From assembly GCA_047495785.1 (NCBI GenBank), contig JBLDXI010000010.1, forward strand, positions 1,302,001 to 1,366,000: DNA of 64,000 nt, in the 5' to 3' direction. Every line of letters starts with the position of its first letter. The stretch's first letter is position 1. Shown in pieces: positions 21,601-35,300 of this stretch. The DNA comes from Lepidodermella squamata (lineage: Eukaryota; Animalia; Gastrotricha). The translations under genes were made by a program, and so were the position numbers. The notes under the pieces were generated by a model. It was given only the letters and a program-made list of their open reading frames with translations, was not told the origin of the DNA and ran no database searches.

Positions 21601-24600
21601 CGGTTATTGGCCTCTAAATGCCAATTATTGGGCCAAAGATGCAAAAAAATCGAGCTCAATCGTTGGCTGGTTCAGCAACCGGCGTCCAAAATACCTGAAT
21701 GGGCCTTTTGGTTTACCTCACGGAGCCTTTGAAGCACCTGGCTTGAGCGGCAGTCCTTACAACGAATACGCAGCACTAGATTCGACCCAACTAGACATGG
21801 GGTCAAATTCGTGGACTGTTTCGTTCTTCGTCAATGCGGCCACTACCTCAACTACGCCTTTCATGGAGTGGACCCAGTCAAGCGGATCTTATGGAGCCCA
21901 TCTATGGCAGTGGGATAGCGTTGACAGGCTTTGGTTTAACGATGCAGTTAGTAATGGGTTTTACATACCCTGCACCATGAAAGATGTCTGGCAGTTTGTC
22001 GGTGCCACGTATGATTTCAATTCGAAACTTATCCGCCTGTTCTGCAACAACACATTTGGCTCGACAACGAAAACCCTCACAGTTAACCCATCTACATGGA
22101 ATCGGTTGTATATAGGCAAGAGGTGAATTTCATGGATCTTACACAGGATCAATTCAGCATTTAAATTTGGTTTGGTTAGGCATGACAATACACAAATCTC
22201 ATCGGCCAGATTCGCATGCTTTTCAATTCACAGCTCTGTTTTGAATGAAACAACCCTCTTTCAAGTTAAGGAGATGTGCAATCGTTTCTCTTTCGTTTGC
22301 TTCCCAACTTGTGCGAATGGAGGGACATGTACAGCTTTTCAAACGTGTAATTGTAAAGCCGGTTTTACTGGGGACCGTTGCCGCATGCGTAAGTTAAGAC
22401 CTCATCTGAATCCATAACTTTTGAACTTCGTTTGCCAGCCACTGCTGTGGAGACCGCTATCCAGAATAAGCTTGCCGCGTTTCCTAGCATGACAGCGTAC
22501 TGGCCGTTGAGCTCAGACTACGGGGCCAGAGATGCGAAGAAATCGAGCCAACTCAATGGCTGGTTTACCTACAATACCGTCAATTGGGTGACTGGGCCCT
22601 ACGGGCTGGCCGGGACAGGCTTTCAGGTCTCTGTCAATCAAAGTGATTTCGGATATTCTTCTTCGAATTTCTTTGAGCTGATATCACAAACTACTAACTA
22701 CAACCAGTCTTCATGGACAGTGGCTCTTTTCGTCAACACGCAGAGCGTTAACCCTGTATTTTTTGAATACGAACAAGAAACAAAGAACGCATATGGAGCC
22801 CATTTACAACACTATCCTGGAATGAATGTGTTACTAATCAATTCTATTGCCGGTTCTTACACCATGCCCTGCGAATTCTGGGATCAATGGCAGTTCATCG
22901 CCTTCACATTCAACTTTGGAAATTTGAAAATTTCTCTGATGTGTAACGAGACTGTCGCGCCGTCTACATTATCGGGTGCTCCTATTACAAGTCCAGTTAT
23001 GCACATAGGCTTAAGGTGAGCCATTTTCCTTTCATTGCTCCGACGTGATTAAAAGCTGTCGCGAATCAGGCAATATCCTTCGTCATCTCTGGGTTTGTAT
23101 ACAAAATACTCTTGTGCTTCGGTTTTCAATACGGCACTATCAACGGCTGATCTTTTGAAAGTCAAAGATCTCTGCATGCTATTCCAGAGTAAGTCTTAGC
23201 AACAATGGAGTAATATAAGTTGAATTTTGATCCTTAGCTCAATGCTCGAAACCATGTGTTAATGGCGGGACATGTACCGGCTTCGAGACGTGCACATGCA
23301 CTCTGGATTGGAAAGGACCTACTTGCGAAACGAGTAATGATGAAAAAACGGATTTTGTCAATGTTAAATTATCTGAGGTTCTCGTTGCAGAGGCGTGTGA
23401 TCCTAGCTGTGTTAACGGAACTTGCAACGGAGCGACCTGCGATTGCCTTCCAGGATACACTGGGAAATCGTGTGAAGTATCGATCTGCGACCCTGCATGC
23501 AAGGAAGGCGGGACATGCACGCAACCGAACGTCTGCGCTTGCGACGCTTTCCACTCAGGAACACTGTGTGAAATCTGTAAGCTCAATACAGAATTGCACG
23601 ATTCCAGCATTATATTAGGACAGGTTACAATCTGAGTAATCCTACGTTCATGTTATTCTTTAGCTCAATGCTCGAAACCGTGTGCAAATGGTGGGTCATG
23701 TGCCGGTGTCGATATCTGCAATTGCACCAAAGATTGGAAAGGACCCACTTGTGAAACGAGTAATTTGAATATTGTATGACTGTAAGCTGTAAGGTGAATT
23801 AATGTAATTGTTACAGAGGCTTGCGATCCAATGTGCGTTAACGGAGGCAGTTGTAACGGTGCGACCTGTGATTGTTTGTCTGGGTACACGGGGAAATCGT
23901 GTGAAGTAGCGATCTGCGACCCTGCATGCAAGGCTGGAGGGACATGCACGAAAGCGAACGTATGCACTTGTGACGCTCTTCACTCCGGACCACTGTGTGA
24001 AAATTGTAATCAATTCAATTACTAATTCTGATATCATCGCATCACAAAATAACTTCGTGTTGACAGATCAATGCAGCCCAGCTTGTCCACCAGGCGTCGC
24101 GGTGTGTAGTGGGCCCAATACCTGTACTGTGACAGCACTGGTGAGTTCTGTATTTAAAGACTGGGATGTTAGTAACTCCGAATTCGTAGACATCCCTTTG
24201 CACGAAAATCAAAACTGACATCGGTCCAAGCTGTGTTACCTGGAAGAATCACGGTCAGTGCCTATCGAACCCCGGCTTCATGTGGCCATCCTGTCAACAG
24301 AGCTGTACTGCTTATGCAACTTGCGAGTGCGACGTTGATCCTCGCTTGCCGGTCGACTTCAACTGCACTTGTGGCGACTGGGCCTCTACTGGTGCCTGCG
24401 AAAATGACCCGAGTGGGCAGGCTCAGGCGAGCTGTTTTTACACTTGTGGGCGGAGATTAAGTAAGCCCAGCCAAATTATTTGAATCTCGATCTTATCTTA
24501 GTTACATTATCTCCGTATCAGATCCACTGAACAACTGTTCCAGTGTTCCTGTGATGACACTGGCTCCGAATTCTCATTGGTCTCTATCGGCGCCTCCGCT

Positions 24601-26226
24601 GTCATCCTTCAACGGATTAGCAGGCTATATGCAATCCGCATCGATGGTTTGTGACAAGGGTTTCACAGCCTCCATTCCTGCGGATACCGCTATGCACATT
24701 TGCGACCCGTTCAACCCGAACCCATCGACGGGTAACTGGTTCACAGTAAACTCAAACAAGCCAATATGCATGGCTGCAGCCTGTCCTGAACCTCCGTCTG
24801 TAGCTGCCTCGACTTATGTCAATTTTACTAACGCGGCTTACTACACAATGGGGGATAAAGTGCACTATACGTGTAACACTGGATACACAATGGTTGGCTC
24901 AACCTCGGGCAACGCAACTTGCACCTTTTCTGGACCAACTGGTTGGTCGTGGTTGGAGGGGAAACCTCAGTGCAATTGTAAGCTGCCTATGATAGGCATT
25001 ATTCCTTGTTGAGAATTCATTTCTTGCAGTGCCCCCTTGCAAGCCCTTGGTTGAGGGGATAAACTCTTTCTTCAACATCTCGACTAATCAAACGGGCGGG
25101 GTGGCATCGTATTCTTGTTTACCTGGTTGCAAACCTGTTGTTGATGTTAATTATTTCGTAAAAACTTGTCAAAATGGAGGTGATTGGACTCCAGTCGGAC
25201 AGCCCCAATGTTCTGGTGAGAATTTTCGAGCTAGCTTTATTTCCATATGATTATTTGATTCTCAGTCGTAACCTGTGGTGTGCCTCTCCCAGAGGAAAAT
25301 GCATATTTGGAAGGTCTCAAAAGCGGATCTTATACTTACGGCGATCAAGTGACAACGAAATGCACGAAGGGATCTAACAGTCTGTACGTTGAAGCTGGTA
25401 CCGAAAATATTCCAATGTCATCTGTAACCAAAACCTGTCTCGACTCGGGATTCTGGTCAACAAATTCTCTCTCTTGTCTTTGTAAGTTAATTGATTGTTA
25501 ATTGAAAAATTGGTAATTGGATGCTATGTTTTCTCAGTGGTTAGCTGTGATATGCCACAAACGTTCGAGATTTCAACTTATAGAATCTTGAACTCTTCCT
25601 CTGAAGTGCAAACTATTCTCTACGACAGCGTTGTAGCGTTTGAATGCGATTGGAACCAAGGTTATGAACCAAGTAAGAACCAAACTAACACGGTGGCTTA
25701 CTGGCGATGCAACGAGAACTCAACATGGGACAAAGAGCCTCTATATTGTTCGCAGAATGCGCTTCTGTCAGCCCCCAAACCAGTTAAGGTCGTCGCATAT
25801 GAATCGGAAACTGCTGTTGCCACTGCATCAATGGTGCTCTCGATTTGTGGTTTCTTCATGGGAATAGTCGTCTGTTTGGACTACATGACCCTAGCTCGAG
25901 ATTTAGGCCGGTTACGTCATAATTTCAACCATTTCCTGAAACGGCTACGCGACCACAGCCGAGCCCGAGAATTGCATGACCTTCGAGTTAAGCTGCGCAA
26001 TAAGTACTCAGCTGAGCAATATTTACAAATGCTGGAGGCCCAGAAGGAACAGCAACAACTCGCGGCTGCTGGAATGGCAGGCGGAGCGAAAACAGATCAA
26101 TTAATCGCAAATCCGATGTTGGGAAATCAAGCTCGGCCGTTATCTGGCGATAGGTCAAAAGTACGGCCTCAGCACATCGATGGAGAAATGGAAGTCCCGG
26201 AAAGTGAAGTCACTACCGAAAAGTGA
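18690..26226 (+). CDS. Multi-exon type I membrane protein: signal peptide, 5 x (LamG/pentraxin-like + EGF), further EGF repeats, ShK-like Cys motifs, ~5-6 Sushi/CCP modules, TM, cytoplasmic tail
   Basis: Five repeats beginning (L/M)(V/I/T)(A/G)(Y/F)WP(L/F) with W-x-F-(I/V)-A-x-T-(W/Y/F); CxNGGxC EGF exons; CCP exons (YTCNTGY, YSCLPGC, FECDWNQGY); TM ASMVLSICGFFMGIVVCL. Introns of ~50 bp, e.g. 19313-19364. Not every exon boundary was resolved. Confidence 0.85.
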
Positions 26227-26327
26227 TTGACTGAGTCCGACCATCGAGTTTTAAACGAGATGCAATCATTGAGAACTTCTATTTTATTTCATCTCATCGT
26301 GGTTTTTCTTTAATAAAACGTGAAGAG

Positions 26328-27556
26328 TTAGAGGCCTCCTACTTCCGTACTAACCGTAGAATTCGAGCCACTTATGACTGAATTACGTTCTTCACCACCA
26401 ACTGAGAAGACAACCCTTGAAGACCTCGGATCTGGTATTGTTTGGCTCGCACTCACAGCCACATTGGCGCTATCAGCAGCTCTTCGATTATGTCTAAAGT
26501 GCTGCTTTAGCTTTATTTCGTTCAGACGTCCGCCGAATGTTGCCACAGTTTTGATGGCTTTAATAGCTCGGCTTTGGAAAATCTCTAAGACAAATGAGAT
26601 AACTGTCCCGAGCCAGCAAACTCCGAAAATGAACCAAACGAAAATGAAAACTCTGTACCATTCGGGTGCATCTTCTTGAATTCCTGCTGCTAGATCACCA
26701 AGGGCTATAGTCGTAAGAGAAATAACACAGACTGCATAGAATATTATGACAATTAGGTTGCCTAATGATGTCAAAACAATTCTTACAGTAAAACGATGCA
26801 GTGTAATCCCAATTGTCCATATGAGAAAACAGGATCGCTGGTATCAAGATGAAAGCGACCAGGCCACAGACAAAAATGCATAAAGCTTGAGCGTATAGGC
26901 AATGGCGGTGCCATTTAGGATTAACACTGATTCTTCGCCTGATTTCTCTAGCCAGTGCAACCATTTTTTCGCCGATGCTAGCAACCCAGACGGCGAAAAG
27001 AGGGATTCCGATTGAAACATATAGGCAAGACAGCATTCTACCCGCAGCGGTTTTTGTGATGATTTTACCGTAACCAGCTGTTGCTAGGAGGGTCTCAGTG
27101 TAAAACACGGCGTTGTAGAAACTGGCCCAGCGATCGGGTGGACGATCGACCATTGTCGCTTCGATTGAAATGGTTCGCGGTTTCCCCTCAGTTGAATTCG
27201 TTTGGTTGACTGATACAGAAATGTTAAGTGGTGTGATGGTGATTCCGATTTCCTTGTTGGCTGCTTCAATGACTTGTTCGATTATTAGAACCAGAGTTTC
27301 TGAATCACTTGGCGCCCAAACTTCTGTAAAAAAGGAATACCGAACGGAATTACGGCAAACAGATAATCAAAAACAAAGGCAGATTCAGAGGCTCGAGGTT
27401 AATTTTTGTCTTACCATTGGTCAAATGGCTCGATACAAATTTGTTTGTTCTAGTCGTATCAGGATCTGCTCGTTCTATGAACTGGAAAAGTAGAGCACCA
27501 AGGAGGATGTAGATGAGAACGCCAAATCCGAGAATAACTATCGACTTCAGCCTCAT
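26328..27556 (-). CDS. Two-pore-domain potassium channel (K2P/KCNK-like), paralogue A, 3 exons
   Basis: M1 YILLGALLFQFIE; P1 WASFYNAVFYTETLLATAGYG; GIPL motif; WDYTASFY intron P2 SLTTIALGD; M4 YRVFIFVWFIFG. Confidence 0.85.
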
Positions 27557-27738
27557 TTAAGCCCAACAATAAGTTCATATCATCAAAATTAACTCCTTCA
27601 TGACCATTGCAGTATATAACCCAGTGATCACATATTCAAGTTGCTTCCGGTCATCTAACGTCAATAGCGAGTGCATTAATGAAACAAACATTGGAATTAG
27701 ACCGTGAATGAAAACTGGTTTATTGTAAATTGAAATGA

Positions 27739-29060
27739 TCAGAAACTATGACGTTTAACTGGATGTCTCTCCTCGATAGCAACAGATAATGATCGTACTA
27801 TTGATTTTTTTATTTTAACAGGAGCCTCTACCGGTTTCATTGCCCCAAAAACAGCAGCGGCCAAACTGCTCTCTGAGCTAGATTTCTCCGCCTTTCTCAT
27901 GGCATCCGGTGAAGCAGCGACAGCAACGATAGCCTGAAGACTTTTCCTCAAATCAACCTGAGCTATTTTGAGAATATCCGGCAAACTGCTCGTCCGCCTA
28001 GCACGTCGATTCGCCGGTTGTTCTCTATTGAAGATCGCTAGGTTGTGAAGTTGCCTCTCTGCTGTTCTTATTCGCTTCATCATCATCGTGTTGACCTTTG
28101 ATAATTGGTCACCAGCAGCGGTTGCCTTACTTTTCACGATTTCATTAGCCAATGATATCAGAGTTAACAGCCAGCCAAGGCCGAAGAATATCCAAACAAT
28201 GATGAAGAGCCGGTAAATACCCGGAGCATCTTCATTCATACCTGCTACAAAATCGCCCAAGCCAACGAGAAGTAAAGCGAAAATCGAAACTAGGATGGAA
28301 AAAGATGATTGCTGAATGACGAATTCCATCATGTAAAACTTACAGTAAAATGATTCCAAATACGTCCAACCTTCCATGTAACAAAACAGCAATGATGGGA
28401 ATAACAGGAATAGGAAGCCACCCGTTGCTAGTATAACAAACATCTGTATGAGCTGAATTCTTCGCCTCAACTGCCGATTTTCAGGCGACAATTTTCGCCG
28501 TAATTTTTTGGAGACTTGAAGCAGAAACTCGCCGATTCCTCTCAACCAAACACCTGTAATCGGTATTGTTGAAACAGCGTAGAAACATGTCAGCAACCTT
28601 CCAGCTTCAGTGTGAGGGTAAACGTTTCCAAAACCTTAAACGAAATCATTTATAGCCTGGAAAACTTTGTTGATTTCTTAGTACCTATCGCTGTGCAAAG
28701 AGACGTCGCGTAGAATATTGCGTTGTAGTAATGCCATTTGTTTATAGGCTGAGCAGTCACCATAACTTTGATTATCGTTGAGTTTGCGTCTTCATATTCG
28801 ACCGTCAAATTCGCTTTCCAATACTTATTTGTTGCGTTGTAGAATTGCGGTAACATTGAATTGAGAATATTTTGGGCACCAGTCAATGTATCGTCGGTCG
28901 TGGATGCTGTTGTACTGTTATTCCATATTACAACTTGAACAACAAAATGCTTAGGGTTGTCACGGAAGTATGAAGATTCGATTTCAAGAAAAATGGCTGC
29001 TCCCCCTGCGACAATAATGCCTATCAAACCGCTTAGAAACAGCCAGAATTTCAGCTCCAT
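27739..29060 (-). CDS. Two-pore-domain potassium channel (K2P/KCNK-like), paralogue B, 3 exons
   Basis: M1 GGAAIFLEIE; P1 WHYYNAIFYATSLCTAIG|FGNVYP, split by an intron; EGWTYLESFY intron P2 LLLVGLGDFVAG; M4 YRLFIIVWIFFGLGWL. Likely ATG at 29060. Confidence 0.85.
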
Positions 29061-29309
29061 CGTCGGTCTAAACTTGGTTTTTGAATAGAATTTATCAGTG
29101 CAGAGTAGTAGCATTGCTGAAACTCGCTGTTGTCATTTTGGTATGGGGGCGGCCTATAGATATATATATAATATTATATATTAGAATACTAATTGACGAT
29201 TCTGTCACGGCAACACGGTATCATGAATGAACGTTGAAACAAAGTAAGTACCGGATTTATTTCAGAATTATTCAAAATTATTGAAATATTTCCTATGTTT
29301 GTCCAATAA

Positions 29310-32300
29310 TCACGCGAAATTATGTTCAGGCCTATTGTCTGGCGGTGGCATTTCTTGCATGAATTCTTCCATTGTTAGACCAGCAGTGTCATCAAACAGA
29401 GAACGATTGCGGTTTTTTCGGCGCTGCAATCTACAGAGAATTGAATAATAACGAACGTAAAACAAGAATATTCAACTTACCCGAAATACACAATAACGGC
29501 GATTGCAATCAAAAGCAGCCCACCGAGAACGCCAGCAATTATAATGTAAGTCATGTCTTGATTATCTTCCTCCGTTATTTTTTCCGTCGATGACAGTACG
29601 GCCGTGGTTTTCTCAGTCAAAGGGTCTCTCGATGGTTGGGTCGAGAGTGCAGAAGTGGATTGAGCAGGCTCGGTCGGTATCGGCGTTGTTACTACCTGTT
29701 CAGTTGTGGTCGTTGAAGAAGCTGTTGTGGACTCCTGAGCTGGGGTGGAAGTTACCTCTTCGGTTGTAATGGGCGCACTAGTGGTCGAAGCAGTAGTGGT
29801 GCTAGTGGTGGCAGTAGTCGTAGTAGTAGCCATAGTAGTAGTCGTTGATTCAGCAGCCTTAGTAGTAATCATTGTTGTTGTAGTTGTTGCTGTAGTAGGC
29901 TGTGTGGTAGCAGGGGTCGTAGTAGTGGTCGGCTCCAAGTAGGACAGAAAATACTTGTATAGTATCCCAGAGTCACTATCAACCAGATAAATCCACTCAT
30001 CAGCTACAATCATTTGGCTCCACATCGAGTCTTTCGGAATCACGTTATCAGCCACAATGACGCTATGATCAGCCTTGTTTATAGCAACCATACCACCCGA
30101 AACCAATCCCAGAATGTAGTCCTGCGTGACTATCATGGTCTTGCCCATTTCGTACTCCTTCAATGAGATGCTGTAATTGCGCTTCAACCATCCCAAATCT
30201 CGAGTGTAGACGTCAATCACGTTATCCGACGGTACGTACACACCTTCTGGAGCCAAACATGGCATCGTTACTTCTTGCCCGGAATCTTTCGGAATACTGT
30301 TTGTTGGCCAAGAGTAATACTTTCCATTCGACAAAAACGAGATATCTTCAAAGTCTCCTTTAGCCATAAGTGCAGCTTTTTTATCAGAAACAGGCAGCCA
30401 TGTCTCTACTTTAAAATCGCTTCCAGGGTACTGCTTCAGCAATGCTAGAGTTGCCGGATTCAGCACAAACATTCCATTTGGCGCTGAGACGTACAAGCCG
30501 ACCCCTTCGACTAGTGACAGCCCCAGGATTGGGTCCTGAGGCGATGTTGGGAAATGGAGATCCTGGCTAACGGCAACTCGTTCACCCGTTTCAACCTTGT
30601 AGGCATGAACAGTTTGTTGTGCTGTAAAATAGACGAGTCCCAAATCATCGCTAACAACGCCTCCATATTTTGCGTAAAACACATATTTCAGACCAACTCC
30701 AGCGTCAACACTCCAGGCAATCGACAAATCATGAGTCCGAAGTGCATAGAACATCAACCCGGCATTAACTTTGGAGCTTCTCGTAAAAATCAATGAATAT
30801 TCTTTAGATAAGAAGGGCTGTGAAAATATTCGAAGAGTGTCATCTGAAAGTTGGACAGGGTCTGCGAAGGTATCCGTGAAACTAGAATACCGCCAAATGT
30901 ATGCATTGTCTATATCCATTAGGTACACGTGGTCGTCGAAGTACAGTGGATCATGAACTGCGAACCTATCCCATGAGGGAATAGGACTTTTGGCGACTTG
31001 GATGAAAGCATTCGCAGCGCTAAATCCTAATCCAGAGTTGACGTAACAGGAATGACCATTATCTCCACCGACATTGACCCAGTTCGCGTCAGCCTTATTC
31101 AGCTCGTAGTTGTCAAGCTCAAGTTTCACGAGTTGAGCCTGCTCGCCGTCGACGAGATAAAGACTCTCATCGTCGACAATTAAGTAGTCATTATCAAGGA
31201 TGCTTGGCGTGAGATCATCCACTACTAAAGCATCGCCAGGGTTAGGATTATCGTAAATTGCCAATAAACCACCAGATATAATTGAAAATACAATATTCTG
31301 CGTAGCGATAGGGCCATTTTTAGGATAATAGTCGATTACGGGTTTGTATTTCCGAGTGAAAAGCGAATGTTTCAAAGTACTATCTTCTCGGCTCACCACC
31401 TCGATGACATTGCCTCGACCTATGTAGATGTTGTCAGCAGACATTGCGACTGCACTATCTCGATCCCGAATTTGATGGTAATTGTCCGTGGCCCACGTGA
31501 ACGGTAGTTTGCCATCGTAGTATTCGTATTTTACCTGATCCTGCGCGGACCATTCCATTGTCACAAAACTGGAGCCATATGACACAGGCAGCCACTCTTT
31601 CCCAAGGTTTGAATCTACATCGTATATAATATCTAGTTCTTTCCCAGTTTTCGCATCGACTAAACAAGTGAAACCATTTGAAGCAGCTACGATGGTATTA
31701 TCATTCAATAAAGCTAGACCCAACACATCTGCAAACGATCTATCGCTCAATTCCCTGGTCTCGAAAATATAGGTTCCAGTTTGAATAGAAAGAGCGTGAA
31801 CTGCTAGTCCAACTGGAAAGTAAACAATGTCGTTTACATCGCTAACAACTCCTGGCATCGACTCGTAAAACTTATAGTCTTCGCTCGTCTCAGCTTTAAT
31901 TTCCCATAACTTGACCATCGTCGTTGTATCAAACGCATACAAGACAACTCCGTCTTGCTCGTCGTAACTTCTTGTGAAGATCAAGCCGTGCTTCAGAGAT
32001 GCGAATGGCTGGGCATAGACTTGATGTTTAAATTCGCTCAAAGTTAGCGTCGCTTCACCGGCCAGGGTTTTTTTGTCTAATCGCCAGATTGTGCCATCAG
32101 TTTTCGACATGACGAATATTTTTTCTCCTATTATCAATGGTTCGTGGGCTTTGAGAGGACGACCTTGATTAAACACATGCCGAGCTACCACTGTGAACGA
32201 ATTCTGACGATATGTTGGTGAATGGGGGACATCGACATATCTCGAATGGCCATGATCACCTCCTGAATTCAGCCAAAAGTAACCAGTTACTGGTATTGGT

Positions 32301-35300
32301 GTTGTCGTAGTTGGCGTTTGGTCTTCATATGTCACGATGTATTTAAGTATGCGACCCCGGCTATCGAATGCATACAGAAATTCGCGATTAAGCAAGATGT
32401 AAGAGCTGGAAGGATCGTCGGGAAACGCATCAAGGATTGAGAAGAAATGTTCTTTTGCTTTGTTGAGTCCTCTAAAACCACCAGGTATAATGAAGAACAC
32501 ACCTCCATTCGTAGCAATTGGACCCCTAATCGGCGTTGCCTCATTATGGTAGTAATATTTGAGTTCAGCCAAAGTACTCCTGTCGAGTCGAGCAATGAAG
32601 TAATCGCGATTGATATATACACCATCCGGAGATAAAGCTGGTTCACTAGCTTGAGAGCTGAAGTTGTTGGATGCATACGTTTTCGAATAAGCCTTCGCTC
32701 CTACTGTATCAACGGCAATCCATTGAATCTGATCCGAGCTTGGGTATGTCGTCAAAAGGGCTGAACGCTCATCGACTACAATCTGGAATTCCTCGCCCTC
32801 AGTTCCCGCTTCAGTCGTTACTTCACTGATTGCGCCAGATAATAGATCAATCGAGACATAGCCCCTAGGAACAGCCACCAGCAAAGTTGATTGATCGTGG
32901 GATAGCGTAATGCTGAATACAGATTCTTCACTAGTGATATCTTGGGTTGTGAATTTCGGCTTCCCTGTCGTTATGTCAACGCATCTCACTCTTCTCCCAA
33001 CTCTAAAGTAGACCAAATTCAAACTTTCACTAACAGCCCCGCCAAAGCGGTCGTAAGTATCCATTGCTTCATTAGGCTCAATGTCATCGGCTGCAACAGT
33101 CCATGCCAGATTGAGATCAGATAGACGGAACGCATGAAGTGTGTTAACTTTAGCTACAGGATTGTAACTCCGTGAGAAAAGAAGACCTTGACTCGAGGAG
33201 ATGAACGGCTGGGAATATGTGATTTTCAAATCGCTTTCATCACCAACCCCAGCAAGGTACTCAAAGTCATCCTCAGCATACTTCCAAATAGAAAAACCTC
33301 GCCTAGCCATTACATAAATTGCGCCGTCGAGTATTAGTGGCTCCCAGAGGCCAGTTTCCAGCCAATCCGCAACTACGTCTGTAGACAGGACAAGCTTGAA
33401 AGAATTGAATCCAGTTGGGTGATTGATATTTCTGTATCGAGTGTGGCCCTCGTCGCCTCCGTTATTTGTCCAGGGCGAGTCATTAGGGTCGCTCGGAGCC
33501 GTTGTTGTCAACGTGGCGGGAGTTGTAGTCGAGCTTGATGCTGATATTCGATATTTTCTGAATGTCCCGCCGATATCAAAAGCGTAGATAAATTCACGGT
33601 TTAGAAGAATGTGAGAACTCGTAGCGTCACTATTGAAAATGTCAGCAATATCAACGGTTTTCTTTGTCCGCTTGTGTACTACCCGAAAGCCCTTGTCGAT
33701 AATTGAGATAATGCAGTCGTTTGTTACTACAGGTCCACGCCTTGCAACTGTTTTGTCATAGAAATAAGTATCTAATACAGCGAGATTTTGCCTGTCTAGC
33801 CTCGATAAAGAACCTTCGCCGGATATGTAAACACCATCAGGAGCAAGCGCTGCATCCAAGGCTTCTGGCTGAACATTGGAAGTTGCAAAAGAATTGGAAA
33901 ACCATTTGCCGCTAAATTTGTCAATATTGATCCATTGAGTATAACCAGGAATCGGATTGATTGAAAATACCATAGCAGTCGAGTCAACAGCTACTTGAAA
34001 CGCAGTCGCCGGAGCATTTTCCCAATCATTTGTTTTGATCTCTCCACTCAGGGCGTCGATTTCAATGTAACCAGTTGAAACTGCAGCAAAAATCGATGAA
34101 CCATCTGCTGAAAGAGTAATGCTGTACACTGGACCTGGCCTTACGATATCATCCGTAGTGAACTTGACCTCGCCACTTGGTATATGAATGCATCTCACTC
34201 TCCTCCCGATTCGAAAATAAACCAAGCCCAAAATATCATTCACAGCACCCCCAAATCGATCGTGTATGTCCGTTTCACCTACTGGTTCAATATCTGAAAC
34301 CGGTAATCGCCATAAATGACTAAGATGTGAGATGCCGATGGCATGAAGGGTCGTTATTCTTTCATCAGGTTGGTAGCTTCTCGAAAATATCAGTCCATAG
34401 CTCAAAGATATAAATGGCTGAGAGTAACTGTTCAATAAATCACTCTGATCTGTGACTAAATCAAATAACGAGAAGTCTTCCTCGGAATACGCTTCAATCA
34501 GGAAGCCGCGTTTCGCCATGATATAGAAATTACCATTGAAGAGGAGTGGTTCCCACATCTCATTTTCATACCAGTCAGAACCGGTGGAGACGGTTGATAC
34601 TAGCTCAACAGATTCCAAGTCATCGCCGTGATGTAGGTTCCTAAATCGAGTATGGCCATGATCACCTCCAGAATTAACCCAGGGCAAGTCATTAGGTTGA
34701 AGCACCGGCGTCGTCATAGGAGTAATTTGAGTGCTTGTTGAATCTTCTCGGAACAAAGTGTATCTCATTATCCTACCTCGGACATCGAATGCGTAGATGT
34801 ATTCGCGATTCAATAAAATATGGCAGCCAGAAATTGAGTTGGGGAAAGCGTCTATTACTTCGAAAACTTTCTTTGTTTTCTTGTTGATACCGGTGAACCC
34901 ATTAGGAGTGAGGAAGAAGATGTATTCATTTGTAACAATCAGTTCACCTTTCGGCTTGATTTGCTCCAACCGATAGAAATTATCGTTCATCATCGTGTAT
35001 CTGTCGTAAACATAAACCACCCCATCATCCGCTACGTAAACTTCATCCGGAGTAACAGCTGGTTCATGCTGGAAGGATAATCCTACTTTAGCGAGATCAA
35101 AGCTATCGCCAACGATGTACTCATTGTCTTGCGTTAACGAGGAATAGGCAATTTCTTCTGGAACAGGATAAATTGTTGCGATGATCGAATAGGAATCACC
35201 GGCGAGTTGATATTCATCAGGTGAATCGGCCCAACCTCGCATGTATGAATTCCCAAGCCTGCCAGTCAGCGCATCGATTTTCAAAAAGCCACCTGAAATC

